Positions 1 through 10,321 are shown, counted from the first letter of the stretch. The stretch is DNA of 56,660 nucleotides from an uncultured Treponema sp. (GCA_963547555.1 CAUURR010000001.1:1-56660); one strand, 5' to 3'. Translations and numbers: made by a program. Notes: a model not told the origin generated them from the sequence alone.

Positions 1-35
1 CCCGCCTCCATGCGGGGGGGGGGGGGGGGAAGCAT
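1..35 (-). CDS. 5' end of an unknown gene running off the left edge (MLPPPPPRMEA...)
   Basis: Minus strand reads AAGGAG-acctcgtat-ATG CTT C16 GC ATG GAG GCG; good SD and spacing; only 11 codons visible. Confidence 0.45.
   Translation of the reverse strand, partial: MLPPPPPRMEA
14..29. repeat. G16 homopolymer tract
   Basis: Sixteen consecutive G counted at 14-29. Confidence 0.95.
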
Positions 36-81
36 ATACGAGGTCTCCTTTCATGTCAAGGCCTCCTTTTATTTTTTCTTT

Positions 82-176
82 AACCGCAGAGCACGATAAG
101 ACCGCAAAGTTCTTTACTGCCGGCTTAATGATACCTGCTTCAAATATCCTTCGCGTACTTTGTGCCCTCGGCGGTT
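82..176. repeat. Imperfect inverted repeat built of three 9-nt units per arm
   Basis: Left arm a-accgcagag/cacgataag/accgcaaag; right arm cttcgcgta/ctttgtgcc/ctcggcggt-t. Confidence 0.55.
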
Positions 177-262
177 TCTTTTCTTTCTTTCAATGTAATT
201 ATAATACACCCGTATTAAAAATAATACAAGATTTAAAGAAAAAGAATTCGGGATAAAACAAA

Positions 263-290
263 CCCTCCGAAAACAAAAGCTTTCAGAGGG
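263..290 (-). terminator. Probable intrinsic terminator of gpmA
   Basis: ccctccgaaa...tttcagaggg hairpin followed by a T-rich run on the minus strand. Confidence 0.6.
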
Positions 291-345
291 CTGCGTTTGT
301 AAGATGTAAAAGCGGAATTTACTTACGATAGTATAATTTCAGCTT

Positions 346-1092
346 TTACTTTTTCTTTCCCTGATTTGCAACGCCTGCCATTTTTTCGGCAATCGCTTTT
401 TCATCGCCCAAATATTTTTTGCCGATTACTTTGAAATTGTTATCGAATTCATATACGAGCGGAACACCGGTGGGAATATTCACTTCCAAAATCTGTTCTT
501 TGGTTAAATTTTCAAAATACTTAACCAAGGCGCGAAGCGAGTTTCCGTGAGCTACGATGAGTACGCGCTCTCCTTTTTGCATACGCGGCTTGATTTCGCT
601 TTCAAAGTAGGGAACCGCGCGTTCAATCGTGGTTTCAAGACTTTCGGTTAAGGGTAAAACCGATTTGTCTTTTACGCTGCGGTAGGGTTCCTGAGAACGG
701 GGACTGCGCTCGTCGCTTTCTTCAAGCGCAGGAGGAGTAATATCGAACGAACGGCGCCAAATTTTTACCTGTTCTTCGCCGTATTTTTCGGCGGTTTCGG
801 CTTTGTTCATTCCCTGCAGGGCGCCGTAATGGCGTTCGTTTAATTTCCATGTTTTAATAACGGGAAGCCATTCTCTGTCCATTGACAAAAGGGCAAAGTT
901 CAACGTGTGGATTGCGCGCTTTAAAAAGGACGTATAACATACATCAAAGTCGAACCCTTCGCTTTTTAAAGTAAGGCCTGCCTGTTTTGCTTCTTCCTGT
1001 CCTTTTTCGGACAGCTCAACGTCCGTCCAGCCGGTAAAAAGGTTCAGTTTGTTCCATTCGCTTTCGCCGTGACGAATAAGTACCAGTTTCAT
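346..1092 (-). CDS. gpmA: 2,3-bisphosphoglycerate-dependent phosphoglycerate mutase
   Basis: [29 protein letters not shown] motifs; 248 aa. Confidence 0.97.
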   Translation of the reverse strand: MKLVLIRHGESEWNKLNLFTGWTDVELSEKGQEEAKQAGLTLKSEGFDFDVCYTSFLKRAIHTLNFALLSMDREWLPVIKTWKLNERHYGALQGMNKAETAEKYGEEQVKIWRRSFDITPPALEESDERSPRSQEPYRSVKDKSVLPLTESLETTIERAVPYFESEIKPRMQKGERVLIVAHGNSLRALVKYFENLTKEQILEVNIPTGVPLVYEFDNNFKVIGKKYLGDEKAIAEKMAGVANQGKKK

Positions 1093-1230
1093 AATCTTAC
1101 CTCTTATATAAAATCTTCCGTAACTGCTCCGGTTTTACTTACGGTTCTTCTGCAATCGGATTTTTATAACCGTGCATATCATATACGATTATAATCGATA
1201 TACCGATTTCTGTCGATATACGCACACGAT

Positions 1231-2048
1231 TTATATTTTAAACTTACCGACTTCAACAAAGAGGTTTTCTATACTTTCTTTGTTTTTCTGGGTAATATCG
1301 TTTACTTCGTGTACGGCACCGTTTATTTGCAGCGCGCCGGTTGCCATTTCATTCATACTGCCGGCAATGTTGTCGGACATTTTTGCCAATTTCTTCATCT
1401 CGTCGGAAACCAAATTACTGCCCATAAGCATTTCATGTGATATGTCGCTCACCTGATTTGTAACTTCATTGATAATATCTATTGTACGTAAAATTTTCTG
1501 ATTGCCTTCGTTTTGTTCGCTCATGGCATCCATAATGGTATGTTCCATTGTTTTCGTTTTTTCCACGAGTTCGGAAATACTGTCAAAATGTTTTTCTATC
1601 ATGATAGCCGAACCGCTCACGCGCTCTATTTTTTCTTTCAAATCTTTTAACATATTGCTGATGGTTTTTCCGTGCGAACTCGATTCTTCGGCAAGTTTTC
1701 GTATTTCGCCTGCAACAACCGCAAAGCCTTTGCCGATACCGCCGTATTTTCGCCGATATAACTGTGAATCGACTCATCCGCCCGCTTGACTGCCGGATAT
1801 ACGGCAATGGTATTTATCGTCTTATCTATATCATTGACAAAGAGATTAAACGTGTCTTCAATATGTCCCAGCTGTCTTATAATGGAAGTATTTAAAGATT
1901 CAAGCTTGTTTTTCCTGATAATATGTCCGATAAATAATGCATTTACCGCTATTACTGTAGTTATTATAATGATAAGCGCTGCAAAGATTTTAATTTTGAT
2001 CGAAAAAGACGGTCCGTCAGAGGCGGTGTAAGCGCGGTCGGTACGCAT
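1231..2048 (-). pseudogene. Methyl-accepting chemotaxis protein pseudogene (large internal deletion plus frameshift)
   Basis: N-terminal TM1 and start of a periplasmic domain (2048 to ~1740) abut, in another frame, GKGFAVVAGEIRKLAEES and the C-terminal half of an MCP signalling domain ending VGKFKI. Confidence 0.85.
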
Positions 2049-2167
2049 AACTGAATCTCCTTAAACTTTTAATAATAATTTTATTCGGGGCGGCAATACA
2101 ATTCTTCCTGATGTACCGGGGATAAAACAAAACGGAATTGCATTTGTGCCGTAAGACACCCCGCGCA

Positions 2168-2197
2168 ATTCTACACTAAAATTGATACTTTTTTCAA
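2168..2197 (-). promoter_or_regulatory. Sigma70-type promoter of the MCP gene
   Basis: TTGAAA-N18-TAGAAT on the minus strand; AAGGAG SD before the ATG at 2048. Confidence 0.55.
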
Positions 2198-2253
2198 GTA
2201 CTCGCTTATATTGTGTTGTTATTTATCAAGCTGCATTGGAAAAAAAAGACGGA

Positions 2254-2294
2254 AAGGGACTGTCCGAAAACTTCGGTTTTTGAACAGTCTCCTT
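2254..2294 (-). terminator. Hairpin terminator downstream of the DUF308 gene
   Basis: gggactgtccgaaaac-ttcg-gtttttgaacagtctcc with T-rich tail on the minus strand. Confidence 0.65.
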
Positions 2295-2346
2295 GATTTT
2301 GAATGCGATATTTTTTTACAAAAAGGTTTGAGCGGCGAAAAGATTC

Positions 2347-2898
2347 TTATTGATCCGTAATGTCTTCGGCGTATACGATTGTTGATCTGTTCCGAGCTTC
2401 ACGGATGATGATACCGGCTCCCGCAATACAGGCGCCGCCTCCGATAATCCGTATCAGTGTTAAACCGATAGCGGCAGGTAAGGTGAATAACAGGATTGCA
2501 AGGATGATGCTTGCGATGATTTCCGCCGTAAAGGGGCGGGTGTTTATGCCTGTTTCCTTCAGTTTTATAACTCCGTATGTTTCAAGGGCGGCTGCCAGCA
2601 CCAGATATGAACCGAGTACGTAAAGCATAATCGTCCACAGAATACCCGCAAAAATCAGGGGCAGGGTTACAGCCATCACTCCCGTTGCAATACTTAAAAT
2701 ACCGCGTATTGTAATAATCCGCCTGAAGTTTTCGTCCGGCGCCATCTTACGCAAAGAAGCGATATTGTAAATTCCGTTGATGATTCCGCTTACGCCTAAA
2801 AGCGTAACGGCGGTACGGATAACCGCTTCCGGTGTTAAAAGCATCGTTGTTCCGATTGCGGCGGTCAATACGCCCATAGCCATAACCGTTTTTCGCAT
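2347..2898 (-). CDS. DUF308/HdeD-family membrane protein
   Basis: 183 aa, about six hydrophobic helices in a repeated pattern; AGGAG SD. Confidence 0.7.
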   Translation of the reverse strand: MRKTVMAMGVLTAAIGTTMLLTPEAVIRTAVTLLGVSGIINGIYNIASLRKMAPDENFRRIITIRGILSIATGVMAVTLPLIFAGILWTIMLYVLGSYLVLAAALETYGVIKLKETGINTRPFTAEIIASIILAILLFTLPAAIGLTLIRIIGGGACIAGAGIIIREARNRSTIVYAEDITDQ

Positions 2899-3060
2899 AT
2901 ACGGCTCCTATATTTATGGTAAAATCTGCGGCATAAGCCTTGTTTAAGTATAGCATATTCAAGGGCAAAACACAACGGTTTTATATGTATTCCAAAAGAT
3001 TGTAAAAAATCATTCTAAAGTGCTTGCATAATTTTCTTTTTTAGTGTATAAATGAAATTC

Positions 3061-3380
3061 CGCATTTTAATCGGTTTAATTGATTGAATGCGATGGGTTC
3101 TTTGAGAGTCAAGCGGTTTTGTGTTTTTAAGGAATGCATTATGCAAATAAAAACAAAGGCCGGTGAAGCCGTAAAGGTCGGATAAGTCCGTATCAGGCTT
3201 TCACAACCCGCGGTATTACAGATAGCCGCCGTCGGCGGTATCTATATGGTGCAGTATCAGGGTGCTTGACTGAAGCGTTTTGCGCTTCCTGGCTCCGGGA
3301 TGCCAAACCGGTCATCAAATGCAGATTTGGTGGCGGCAGGTGGAGTCCGGCCGAGATGATTGAATTGATAGTCATCTTTT
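3061..3380 (+). ncRNA. Candidate structured ncRNA or long leader upstream of tuf
   Basis: GC-rich island in AT-rich spacer, about seven hairpins, upstream TTGCAT-N17-TATAAA (3024-3052), terminal hairpin plus TTTT (3354-3380); family not recognised. Confidence 0.45.
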
Positions 3381-3511
3381 AATAAAAACTGTTTGTTTTT
3401 TTTAGGCCTATCTTCTTCTTGCCGCTTGATATTCAAATCATGTATTTAGTGTGTGTATTTTTATACAACACAATATTTTTTTCATGCCTTTAATCTGGTA
3501 AGGAGGATCGA

Positions 3512-4699
3512 ATGGCAAAGGAAAAGTTCGCACGAACAAAGCCCCACATGAACGTAGGTACCATCGGTCACGTTGACCACGGTAAAACCACCTTGTCGGC
3601 GGCAATTACAATGTATTGCGCCAAGAAATTTGGCGACAAACAGCTCAAGTATGATGAAATCGATAATGCTCCGGAAGAGAAAGCCCGCGGTATTACTATT
3701 AATACGCGCCACTTGGAGTATCAGTCTGACAAGCGTCACTATGCTCACATCGACTGTCCCGGCCACGCCGACTATGTTAAAAACATGATCACCGGTGCTG
3801 CCCAGATGGACGGAGCGGTTTTGGTTGTTTCGGCTCCCGACTCGGTTATGCCTCAGACTCGCGAGCACATTCTGCTTGCCCGTCAGGTAGGTGTTCCCAA
3901 GATTATCGTTTTCCTTAACAAGGTTGACCTTCTTGATGATCCCGATCTTATGGAATTGGTTGAAGAGGAAGTCCGTGATGTTCTCGAATCTTACGGCTTC
4001 CCCCGCGATACGCCTATTATAAAGGGTTCCGCATTTAAAGCCTTGCAGGACGGTGCTTCCGCTGAAGATACTGCTCCTATTCAGGAGCTTTTGGATCAGA
4101 TGGATGCTTATTTTGACGATCCTGTTCGCGATGAGCAGCTTCCTTTCCTTATGCCGATTGAAGACGTGTTTACGATTTCCGGACGCGGTACCGTTGTTAC
4201 CGGACGTATCGAGCGCGGCGTAATCAATATGAACGAAGAAGTTGAAATTATCGGTATTCGCCCCACGCAAAAAACCGTTATCACCGGTATTGAAATGTTC
4301 AACAAATTGTTGGATCAGGGTGTTGCCGGAGATAACGTCGGTCTTTTGCTTCGCGGTATCGATAAAAAGGCTGTTGAACGCGGTCAGGTTCTTGCCAAAC
4401 CCGGTACAATCAGTCCTCATACCAAGTTTGAAGCTCAGATTTACGTTCTTTCCAAAGAAGAAGGCGGACGTCACAGTCCTTTCTTCTCGGGTTATCGTCC
4501 TCAGTTCTATTTTAGAACGACCGATATTACCGGAACCGTTACTTTGCCCGACGGCGTAGATATGGTTAAGCCCGGCGATAATACGAAAATTATCGGTGAG
4601 CTTATTCACCCGATTGCTATGGATAAGGGTCTTAAGCTGGCTATCCGTGAAGGCGGACGCACAATTGCTTCCGGTCAGGTAACAGAGGTTCTCGGCTAA
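3512..4699 (+). CDS. tuf: Elongation factor Tu
   Basis: [28 protein letters not shown] motifs. Confidence 0.99.
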   Translation: MAKEKFARTKPHMNVGTIGHVDHGKTTLSAAITMYCAKKFGDKQLKYDEIDNAPEEKARGITINTRHLEYQSDKRHYAHIDCPGHADYVKNMITGAAQMDGAVLVVSAPDSVMPQTREHILLARQVGVPKIIVFLNKVDLLDDPDLMELVEEEVRDVLESYGFPRDTPIIKGSAFKALQDGASAEDTAPIQELLDQMDAYFDDPVRDEQLPFLMPIEDVFTISGRGTVVTGRIERGVINMNEEVEIIGIRPTQKTVITGIEMFNKLLDQGVAGDNVGLLLRGIDKKAVERGQVLAKPGTISPHTKFEAQIYVLSKEEGGRHSPFFSGYRPQFYFRTTDITGTVTLPDGVDMVKPGDNTKIIGELIHPIAMDKGLKLAIREGGRTIASGQVTEVLG

Positions 4700-4758
4700 G
4701 AGATGTTGAATGCGGCGGTTCGGTTATGCCGGCCGCCGTGCGTTTTCCCGGAGGAAAA

Positions 4759-5067
4759 ATGGCTATTGAAAAGATCCGTGTCAGGCTTCGTGCTTTTGAT
4801 GTGGAATTGATTGATCAGAGCGCAAAGTCTATTGTTCAGACTGTGCAAAAGGCGGGCGCCAAGGTTTCAGGACCTATTCCCCTGCCTACGAAAATACAAA
4901 AGGTAACGGTATTGCGTTCGCCGCACGTAAATAAAAAATCGCGCGAGCAGTTTGAAATGCGTACCCATAAGCGCCTTATTGATATTATCGAGCCGTCATC
5001 GGATGTTATGGATTCGCTGATGAAGCTTGAATTGCCTGCGGGCGTTGATGTTGAGATAAAACAATAA
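4759..5067 (+). CDS. rpsJ: 30S ribosomal protein S10
   Basis: [33 protein letters not shown]; start set at ATG after GGAGG. Confidence 0.98.
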   Translation: MAIEKIRVRLRAFDVELIDQSAKSIVQTVQKAGAKVSGPIPLPTKIQKVTVLRSPHVNKKSREQFEMRTHKRLIDIIEPSSDVMDSLMKLELPAGVDVEIKQ

Positions 5068-5154
5068 CCGTGCGTCCCGTAAGCGGGCGTGACGGTATAA
5101 ACCGGTAACGGTCCCCCGGATCAGGGGATGGCGGCCGGATAGAGGAGTATCAGA

Positions 5155-5781
5155 ATGAAAGGTCTGATTGCAAAAAAAACGGGCATGACTCAGGTGTTCG
5201 ATGAAAACGGCGACCTTACACCGGTAACCGTGATCCGCGTCGAACCCAATACGGTTGTCGCTCTTAAAACAAAGGAAAAATTCGGCTACGATGCCGTAGT
5301 CCTCGGTTTGGACGATTTGAAGCCTGCGAAAGTTTCAAAACCCTATGCCGGTGCTTTTCCTGAAAATGTAACGCCGAAGCGGAATGTAAAAGAATTTCGC
5401 GATTTTGAAGCCGAAGTGGCTGTCGGTGATACGGTCGGTATTGAGCTTTTTGACGGAGTCCGCTATGTGGACGTTACCGCCGTTTCCAAGGGTAAGGGAA
5501 CTCAGGGTGTTGTAAAACGCTGGGGGTTCGGCGGCGGACGCGCTTCTCACGGTTCCAAATTTCACCGTGAGCCCGGTTCTACAGGGCAGTGTACTTCTCC
5601 CGGCCGTTCTTTTAAAAACGTAAAAATGCCCGGCCGCATGGGACGGGAGCGTGTAACGGTTCAAAATCTGCGCGTAATAAAAGTGGATCCGGAACTTGGA
5701 GTCGTAATGGTATGCGGCTCGGTGCCCGGAGTTAAAGATTGTACGCTGATCATTAAGTCTGCGGTCAAAAAAGAATTTTAA
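5155..5781 (+). CDS. rplC: 50S ribosomal protein L3
   Basis: KKTGMTQVF, SKGKGTQGVVKRWGF, KMPGRMG. Confidence 0.98.
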   Translation: MKGLIAKKTGMTQVFDENGDLTPVTVIRVEPNTVVALKTKEKFGYDAVVLGLDDLKPAKVSKPYAGAFPENVTPKRNVKEFRDFEAEVAVGDTVGIELFDGVRYVDVTAVSKGKGTQGVVKRWGFGGGRASHGSKFHREPGSTGQCTSPGRSFKNVKMPGRMGRERVTVQNLRVIKVDPELGVVMVCGSVPGVKDCTLIIKSAVKKEF

Positions 5782-5795
5782 CAGTGAGGAAGACG

Positions 5796-6428
5796 ATGGA
5801 AAAGAAAGTCTATTCTGTTGACGGCAAAGAACTGCGGACAATTCAGTTGGATGATGCGGTGTTCGGTCTTCCCGTAAATGAAGATGTAATTTATTACGCC
5901 GTTACAAATGAATTGGCGAATATGCGTGTCGGAACGGCTTGTACAAAGGATCGTTCCGAAGTTCACGGCAGTAATGCAAAGCCGTATAAGCAAAAAGGTA
6001 CCGGCCGCGCGCGCAGGGGTGATAAAAAATCTCCTCTTTTACGCGGAGGCGGGGTTATCTTCGGGCCGAAGCCCCGTGATTTCAGCTATGCTATGCCTAA
6101 AAAGGCAAAGCGCTTGGCTATGAAGTCTATTTTAAGCTTAAAAGCCCAGGAAGATGTGCTGACGATTATCGAAGATTTTACGGTCGAAAGCGGAAAAACA
6201 AAGGATTTTGCCTCTATTTTGAAAAACTTTTCAAATAACGAGCGTACTGTGCTTGTGTTAAAGGATGATGATCCTAAAATCAAGCAGGCCGGACGCAATA
6301 TTCCTACTCTGTCCTTTTTGTCGTACAATCGTTTGCGTGCGCATGACCTTTTTTACGGAAAAAAGATTTTGATGCTTGAAAGTGCGGCAAAGAATTTGTC
6401 CGAGTTTTATAAAGAGGGGGCTGAATAA
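5796..6428 (+). CDS. rplD: 50S ribosomal protein L4
   Basis: [25 protein letters not shown]; start at ATG after GAGGA. Confidence 0.98.
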   Translation: MEKKVYSVDGKELRTIQLDDAVFGLPVNEDVIYYAVTNELANMRVGTACTKDRSEVHGSNAKPYKQKGTGRARRGDKKSPLLRGGGVIFGPKPRDFSYAMPKKAKRLAMKSILSLKAQEDVLTIIEDFTVESGKTKDFASILKNFSNNERTVLVLKDDDPKIKQAGRNIPTLSFLSYNRLRAHDLFYGKKILMLESAAKNLSEFYKEGAE

Positions 6429-6712
6429 TGATCTATGAAGATGTAATTATTGCGCCTATATCGTCGGAAAAAGCGACCGAGCTGCGCGAGCAGGGTAAGT
6501 ATGTTTTTAAAGTACATCCTGCGGCAACGAAGTTTGAAATAAAAGAAGCGGTGCGCCGGCTTTTTAACGTAAAGGTTGTCGCCTGTACTACGATGAATGT
6601 GTTTGGAAAGATGAGACGGGTGCGTTACCGCCCCGGAAGAACTTCCAGTTGGAAAAAAGCTATCGTCAAGCTGGCGCCTGGCGAGGTTATCAAGGTCTTT
6701 GAAGGCGTGTAG
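6428..6712 (+). CDS. rplW: 50S ribosomal protein L23
   Basis: YVFKVHPAATKFEIKEAV, WKKAIVKL; operon position. Confidence 0.97.
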   Translation: MIYEDVIIAPISSEKATELREQGKYVFKVHPAATKFEIKEAVRRLFNVKVVACTTMNVFGKMRRVRYRPGRTSSWKKAIVKLAPGEVIKVFEGV

Positions 6713-6740
6713 CCTTCGGCCGTATAAAAGGGGATCCTAG

Positions 6741-7565
6741 ATGGCTCTTAAATTATATAAGCCGATAACTGCGGGAAGCCGCGGACGGGTAGACCTGCGA
6801 AAGGATGAATTAACCGCGGACAAGCCTGAAAAAAGCTTGACGAAGGGTATTTCGTCCCGCGGCGGCCGCGGTGCCGGGGGACGCATTGCGGTGCGTCATC
6901 AGGGCGGCGGTCATAAACGCAGGTATAGGGATATAGACTTCAAGCGTGATAAACACGGAATTCCGGGAACGGTGCGGACAATCGAATACGATCCGAACCG
7001 CAGTGCCAATATAGCTTTGATTTTTTATGCCGACGGCGAAAAGCGCTATATTATCGCTCCTCAGGGATTGACTGTCGGACAGAAGATTGTTTCCGGTGAA
7101 AATGCCGCCCCTGCGGTCGGCAATGCGCTTCCTTTGGAAGTAATTCCGGTCGGTTTTACCGTTCATAACATTGAATTAACGCTCGGAAAGGGCGGACAGT
7201 TGGCCCGCTCCGCCGGTACAAGCGCTCTGGTTGCGGCAAAAGAAGGTGATTATGTATCACTGCGCCTGCCTTCCGGTGAAGTGCGCCGTGTGCACAAAAA
7301 ATGCTATGCAACAATCGGCGTTGTCGGAAACGAAGATCGTATGAACACTCAGCTCGGTAAGGCCGGACGCAACCGGTGGCTCGGTATCCGTCCTGCTGTT
7401 CGGGGTATGGCGATGAACCCTGTGGACCACCCGCTCGGAGGCGGTGAAGGTGCCGGTAAGGGACGCAATCCCGTTACTCCCTGGGGACAGCCCTGCCGTG
7501 GATATAAAACCCGCAAAAAGCGGAAAGTGTCTAACAATTTCATTGTTACACGCCGGAAGAAGTAG
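6741..7565 (+). CDS. rplB: 50S ribosomal protein L2
   Basis: [30 protein letters not shown]. Confidence 0.99.
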   Translation: MALKLYKPITAGSRGRVDLRKDELTADKPEKSLTKGISSRGGRGAGGRIAVRHQGGGHKRRYRDIDFKRDKHGIPGTVRTIEYDPNRSANIALIFYADGEKRYIIAPQGLTVGQKIVSGENAAPAVGNALPLEVIPVGFTVHNIELTLGKGGQLARSAGTSALVAAKEGDYVSLRLPSGEVRRVHKKCYATIGVVGNEDRMNTQLGKAGRNRWLGIRPAVRGMAMNPVDHPLGGGEGAGKGRNPVTPWGQPCRGYKTRKKRKVSNNFIVTRRKK

Positions 7566-7579
7566 CAGAGGAGTATATA

Positions 7580-7858
7580 GTGTCGCGATCTGTTAAAAAA
7601 GGACCTTTTATTGAAAAGAGCCTTTATAAAAAGGTTATTGAAATGAATAAGGCTGCGGACAGAAAGATGATTAAAACCTATTCTCGCTGTTCGACTATTA
7701 TTCCCGAAATGGTAGGTAATACGATTTCGGTGTACAACGGCAAGTCCTGGGTGCCCGTATATATTACGGAAAACCTTGTCGGTCATAAGCTGGGCGAGTT
7801 TTCTCCGACCCGGATTTTCCGCGGACACGCCGGTTCCGACAAAAAAGCCGGTAAATAG
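7580..7858 (+). CDS. rpsS: 30S ribosomal protein S19
   Basis: [22 protein letters not shown] start. Confidence 0.98.
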   Translation: MSRSVKKGPFIEKSLYKKVIEMNKAADRKMIKTYSRCSTIIPEMVGNTISVYNGKSWVPVYITENLVGHKLGEFSPTRIFRGHAGSDKKAGK

Positions 7859-7871
7859 GTAGGTGGTTGCA

Positions 7872-8228
7872 ATGGTTGAAACAAACGGATATAAAGCCGT
7901 AACAAAGTTCCTGATAGCTTCTCCTACAAAGGTTCGCCCTGTAGCGAATGTTATTAAACGGAAAACATGTTCGGAAGCTGCGGCTATTCTTGCGAATATG
8001 CCTCAAAAAGGTGCGAAATTAATCGGCGGAACTTTAAAGTCCGCAGTTGCGAACGCCCTTTTTGCAAATAAAAAACTTGATGAAGATATGCTTTACGTTA
8101 AGGAAATTCGTATCGACGAAGGTCCCCGTTTGAAAAGAGTGTGGTTCCGCGGCAAGGGCCGTGCGGATATGCTTTTGAAGCGTATGTGTCATATTACCGT
8201 TATCGTAGCGGAAAAGGCGGGGGAGTAA
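7872..8228 (+). CDS. rplV: 50S ribosomal protein L22
   Basis: [25 protein letters not shown]; start 7863 (GTG) or 7872 (ATG). Confidence 0.97.
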   Translation: MVETNGYKAVTKFLIASPTKVRPVANVIKRKTCSEAAAILANMPQKGAKLIGGTLKSAVANALFANKKLDEDMLYVKEIRIDEGPRLKRVWFRGKGRADMLLKRMCHITVIVAEKAGE

Positions 8229-8229
8229 G

Positions 8230-9021
8230 ATGGGACAGAAAGTAAACCCTATCGGACTGCGTCTCGGGGTAAATAAAACATGGCAGTCCCGCTGGTATGC
8301 GGATCCCCGCGAGTATGCGGATTTTGTTCTTGAAGATTTGAAGATTCGGAAGATGATTCAGGATTTGCCCGAATGTAAAAATGCCGATATTGCCGATATC
8401 GAAATTGTGCGCCATCCTCAGCGCGTTACTATCGTAATACACACGGCGCGTCCCGGCGTTATTATCGGTATTAAGGGTGCGAATATCGAAAAAATTGGTG
8501 CCGAAATCCAAAAGCATTTGACGAAAAAGATTCAAATCAAAATTAAAGAAATCAAGCGTGCCGAAATCAATGCCGCTCTTGTTGCGCAAAACGTTGCGCG
8601 TCAACTGATGAATCGCGGTTCGTTCCGCAAAGCATTAAAGCAGGCTTGCTCGAGTGCGATGAAAACCGGTGCCCAGGGTATTAAAATCCGCATCAGCGGA
8701 CGTTTGGGCGGTGCGGAAATGTCGCGTACCGAAGAGCACAAGGACGGACGCGTTCCGCTTCATACTTTGCGTGCCGATATCGATTACGGATTTGCCGAGG
8801 CTCTTACGACTTTCGGTAAAATCGGTGTAAAGGTGTGGGTGTACAACGGTATGATGTACGGCCGCGAACAAAATGAGGATGCCGGACAGTTGTTGAAAAA
8901 ACGCCGCGAACGCGTTGAACGTTCGGATAATACCGGAAAAAAAGCGGGTTCCAAGGCTAAGTCCTCCGCCAAGTCGGATGAAAAAGACGGTACGGATTCC
9001 GCCGCGGCAGAAAGGAGTTAA
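8230..9021 (+). CDS. rpsC: 30S ribosomal protein S3
   Basis: [34 protein letters not shown]. Confidence 0.99.
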   Translation: MGQKVNPIGLRLGVNKTWQSRWYADPREYADFVLEDLKIRKMIQDLPECKNADIADIEIVRHPQRVTIVIHTARPGVIIGIKGANIEKIGAEIQKHLTKKIQIKIKEIKRAEINAALVAQNVARQLMNRGSFRKALKQACSSAMKTGAQGIKIRISGRLGGAEMSRTEEHKDGRVPLHTLRADIDYGFAEALTTFGKIGVKVWVYNGMMYGREQNEDAGQLLKKRRERVERSDNTGKKAGSKAKSSAKSDEKDGTDSAAAERS

Positions 9022-9023
9022 GT

Positions 9024-9443
9024 ATGGCGTTAAGTCCTAAAAGAGTTTTGCACCGCAAGGTGCAGCGCGGAAGAATAAAGGGCAACGCTACAAGGGGATG
9101 CAATCTCGACTTCGGTGATATAGCCCTTGTTGCGCTCGAGCCTATTTGGCTTTCCGCAAAACATATAGAAGCCGCCCGTGTTGCGTTAAACCGTAAAATA
9201 AACCGCGCGGGGCAGGTATGGATCCGGGTGTTTCCGGATAAGCCCGTTTCAAAAAAACCGGCCGATACCCGTATGGGTAAGGGTAAGGGTGCTCCCGAGT
9301 TTTGGGCGGCAGTTATTAAACCCGGTCAAATTATTTTTGAAATCGGCGGAGTCGATCTTAATTGCGCGGAACAGGCAATCAAGCGTGCCGGAAGCAAACT
9401 TCCGATAAAGACAAAGGTTGCCTTCCGTAACGTGGTGGAGTAA
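9024..9443 (+). CDS. rplP: 50S ribosomal protein L16
   Basis: [16 protein letters not shown]. Confidence 0.98.
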   Translation: MALSPKRVLHRKVQRGRIKGNATRGCNLDFGDIALVALEPIWLSAKHIEAARVALNRKINRAGQVWIRVFPDKPVSKKPADTRMGKGKGAPEFWAAVIKPGQIIFEIGGVDLNCAEQAIKRAGSKLPIKTKVAFRNVVE

Positions 9444-9453
9444 GAGGTGAGTT

Positions 9454-9654
9454 ATGGCAAAAAAAGATAAAGAACTGTCTTATTCCGAGCTTGTCGTAAA
9501 GCGCGATGAGCTTAAAAGGAAATATATGGATTTCCGGTTCCAAATGGCAATCGGTCATGTTGATAATCCGATGCAAAAGCGTACAATGCGCCGTGAAATT
9601 GCGGTCATGAATACGCTGATCCGGCAAAAAGAACTTGCCGGTTTAAATAAGTAG
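9454..9654 (+). CDS. rpmC: 50S ribosomal protein L29
   Basis: 66-aa helical protein, RFQMAIG..NP..RREIA; operon position. Confidence 0.95.
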   Translation: MAKKDKELSYSELVVKRDELKRKYMDFRFQMAIGHVDNPMQKRTMRREIAVMNTLIRQKELAGLNK

Positions 9655-9664
9655 GAGTTGACCC

Positions 9665-9937
9665 GTGGAAGAACAAGCAGTGCAAAAAAAGAAGTCCAAG
9701 CGTTCTTTTGTTGGAATCGTAACGAGCGACAAGATGGATAAAACCATCGTCGTGTCGGTTTCCACAAAAAAGCTGCATAGACTTTATAAAAAGTACGTAA
9801 CGCGCGTCAAAAAATGCAAGGCACACGATGAGGGAAATACGGCCCATATCGGAGACCGTGTCCGTATTGTTGAATGCAGGCCTTTGAGCCGCGAAAAGTG
9901 CTGGCGGCTTGCCGAAATCATTGAACAGGCTAAATAA
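9665..9937 (+). CDS. rpsQ: 30S ribosomal protein S17
   Basis: [22 protein letters not shown]. Confidence 0.98.
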   Translation: MEEQAVQKKKSKRSFVGIVTSDKMDKTIVVSVSTKKLHRLYKKYVTRVKKCKAHDEGNTAHIGDRVRIVECRPLSREKCWRLAEIIEQAK

Positions 9938-9952
9938 GGAAGGAGCGGAAAA

Positions 9953-10321
9953 ATGATTCAGATGCAGACAAATTTGAACGTAGCCGATAACTCCGGAGCA
10001 AAGGTTGTTCAGTGTATTAAGGTTATCGGCGGTTCCAAGCGCAGATATGCAAGTATCGGCGATGTTATCGTTGTAGCGGTAAAGGATGCAATTCCCACTT
10101 CTACAATTAAAAAGGGTTCGGTTGAAAAAGCCGTTATAGTTCGTATTGCCAAAGAATACCGCCGTCCCGACGGAACCTATATCCGTTTTGACGACAACGC
10201 CTGCGTTATTATCGACGCGGCAAATAACCCCAAGGGTAAGCGTGTATTCGGTCCGGTAGCGCGCGAGCTTCGCGATATGGACTATATGAGAATCGTATCG
10301 TTGGCCCCGGAAGTTCTGTAA
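9953..10321 (+). CDS. rplN: 50S ribosomal protein L14
   Basis: [22 protein letters not shown]. Confidence 0.99.
   Translation: MIQMQTNLNVADNSGAKVVQCIKVIGGSKRRYASIGDVIVVAVKDAIPTSTIKKGSVEKAVIVRIAKEYRRPDGTYIRFDDNACVIIDAANNPKGKRVFGPVARELRDMDYMRIVSLAPEVL

Noticed and set aside
1186..1197. Perfect palindrome CGATTATAATCG upstream of gpmA
   Set aside because: Contains TATAAT on both strands and is most simply the gpmA -10 region; single occurrence
3255..3310. agggtgc..ctgaa resembling a TPP riboswitch start
   Set aside because: CUGAGA and CCUGAU...GGGAA core motifs absent
3330..3375. GGTGGAG suggesting a minus-strand tRNA/tmRNA 3' end
   Set aside because: No T-arm (GTTCRA) or matching acceptor stem
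3482..4609. 375-aa antisense ORF over tuf
   Set aside because: Typical shadow ORF from codon bias of a highly expressed gene; no SD or recognisable domain
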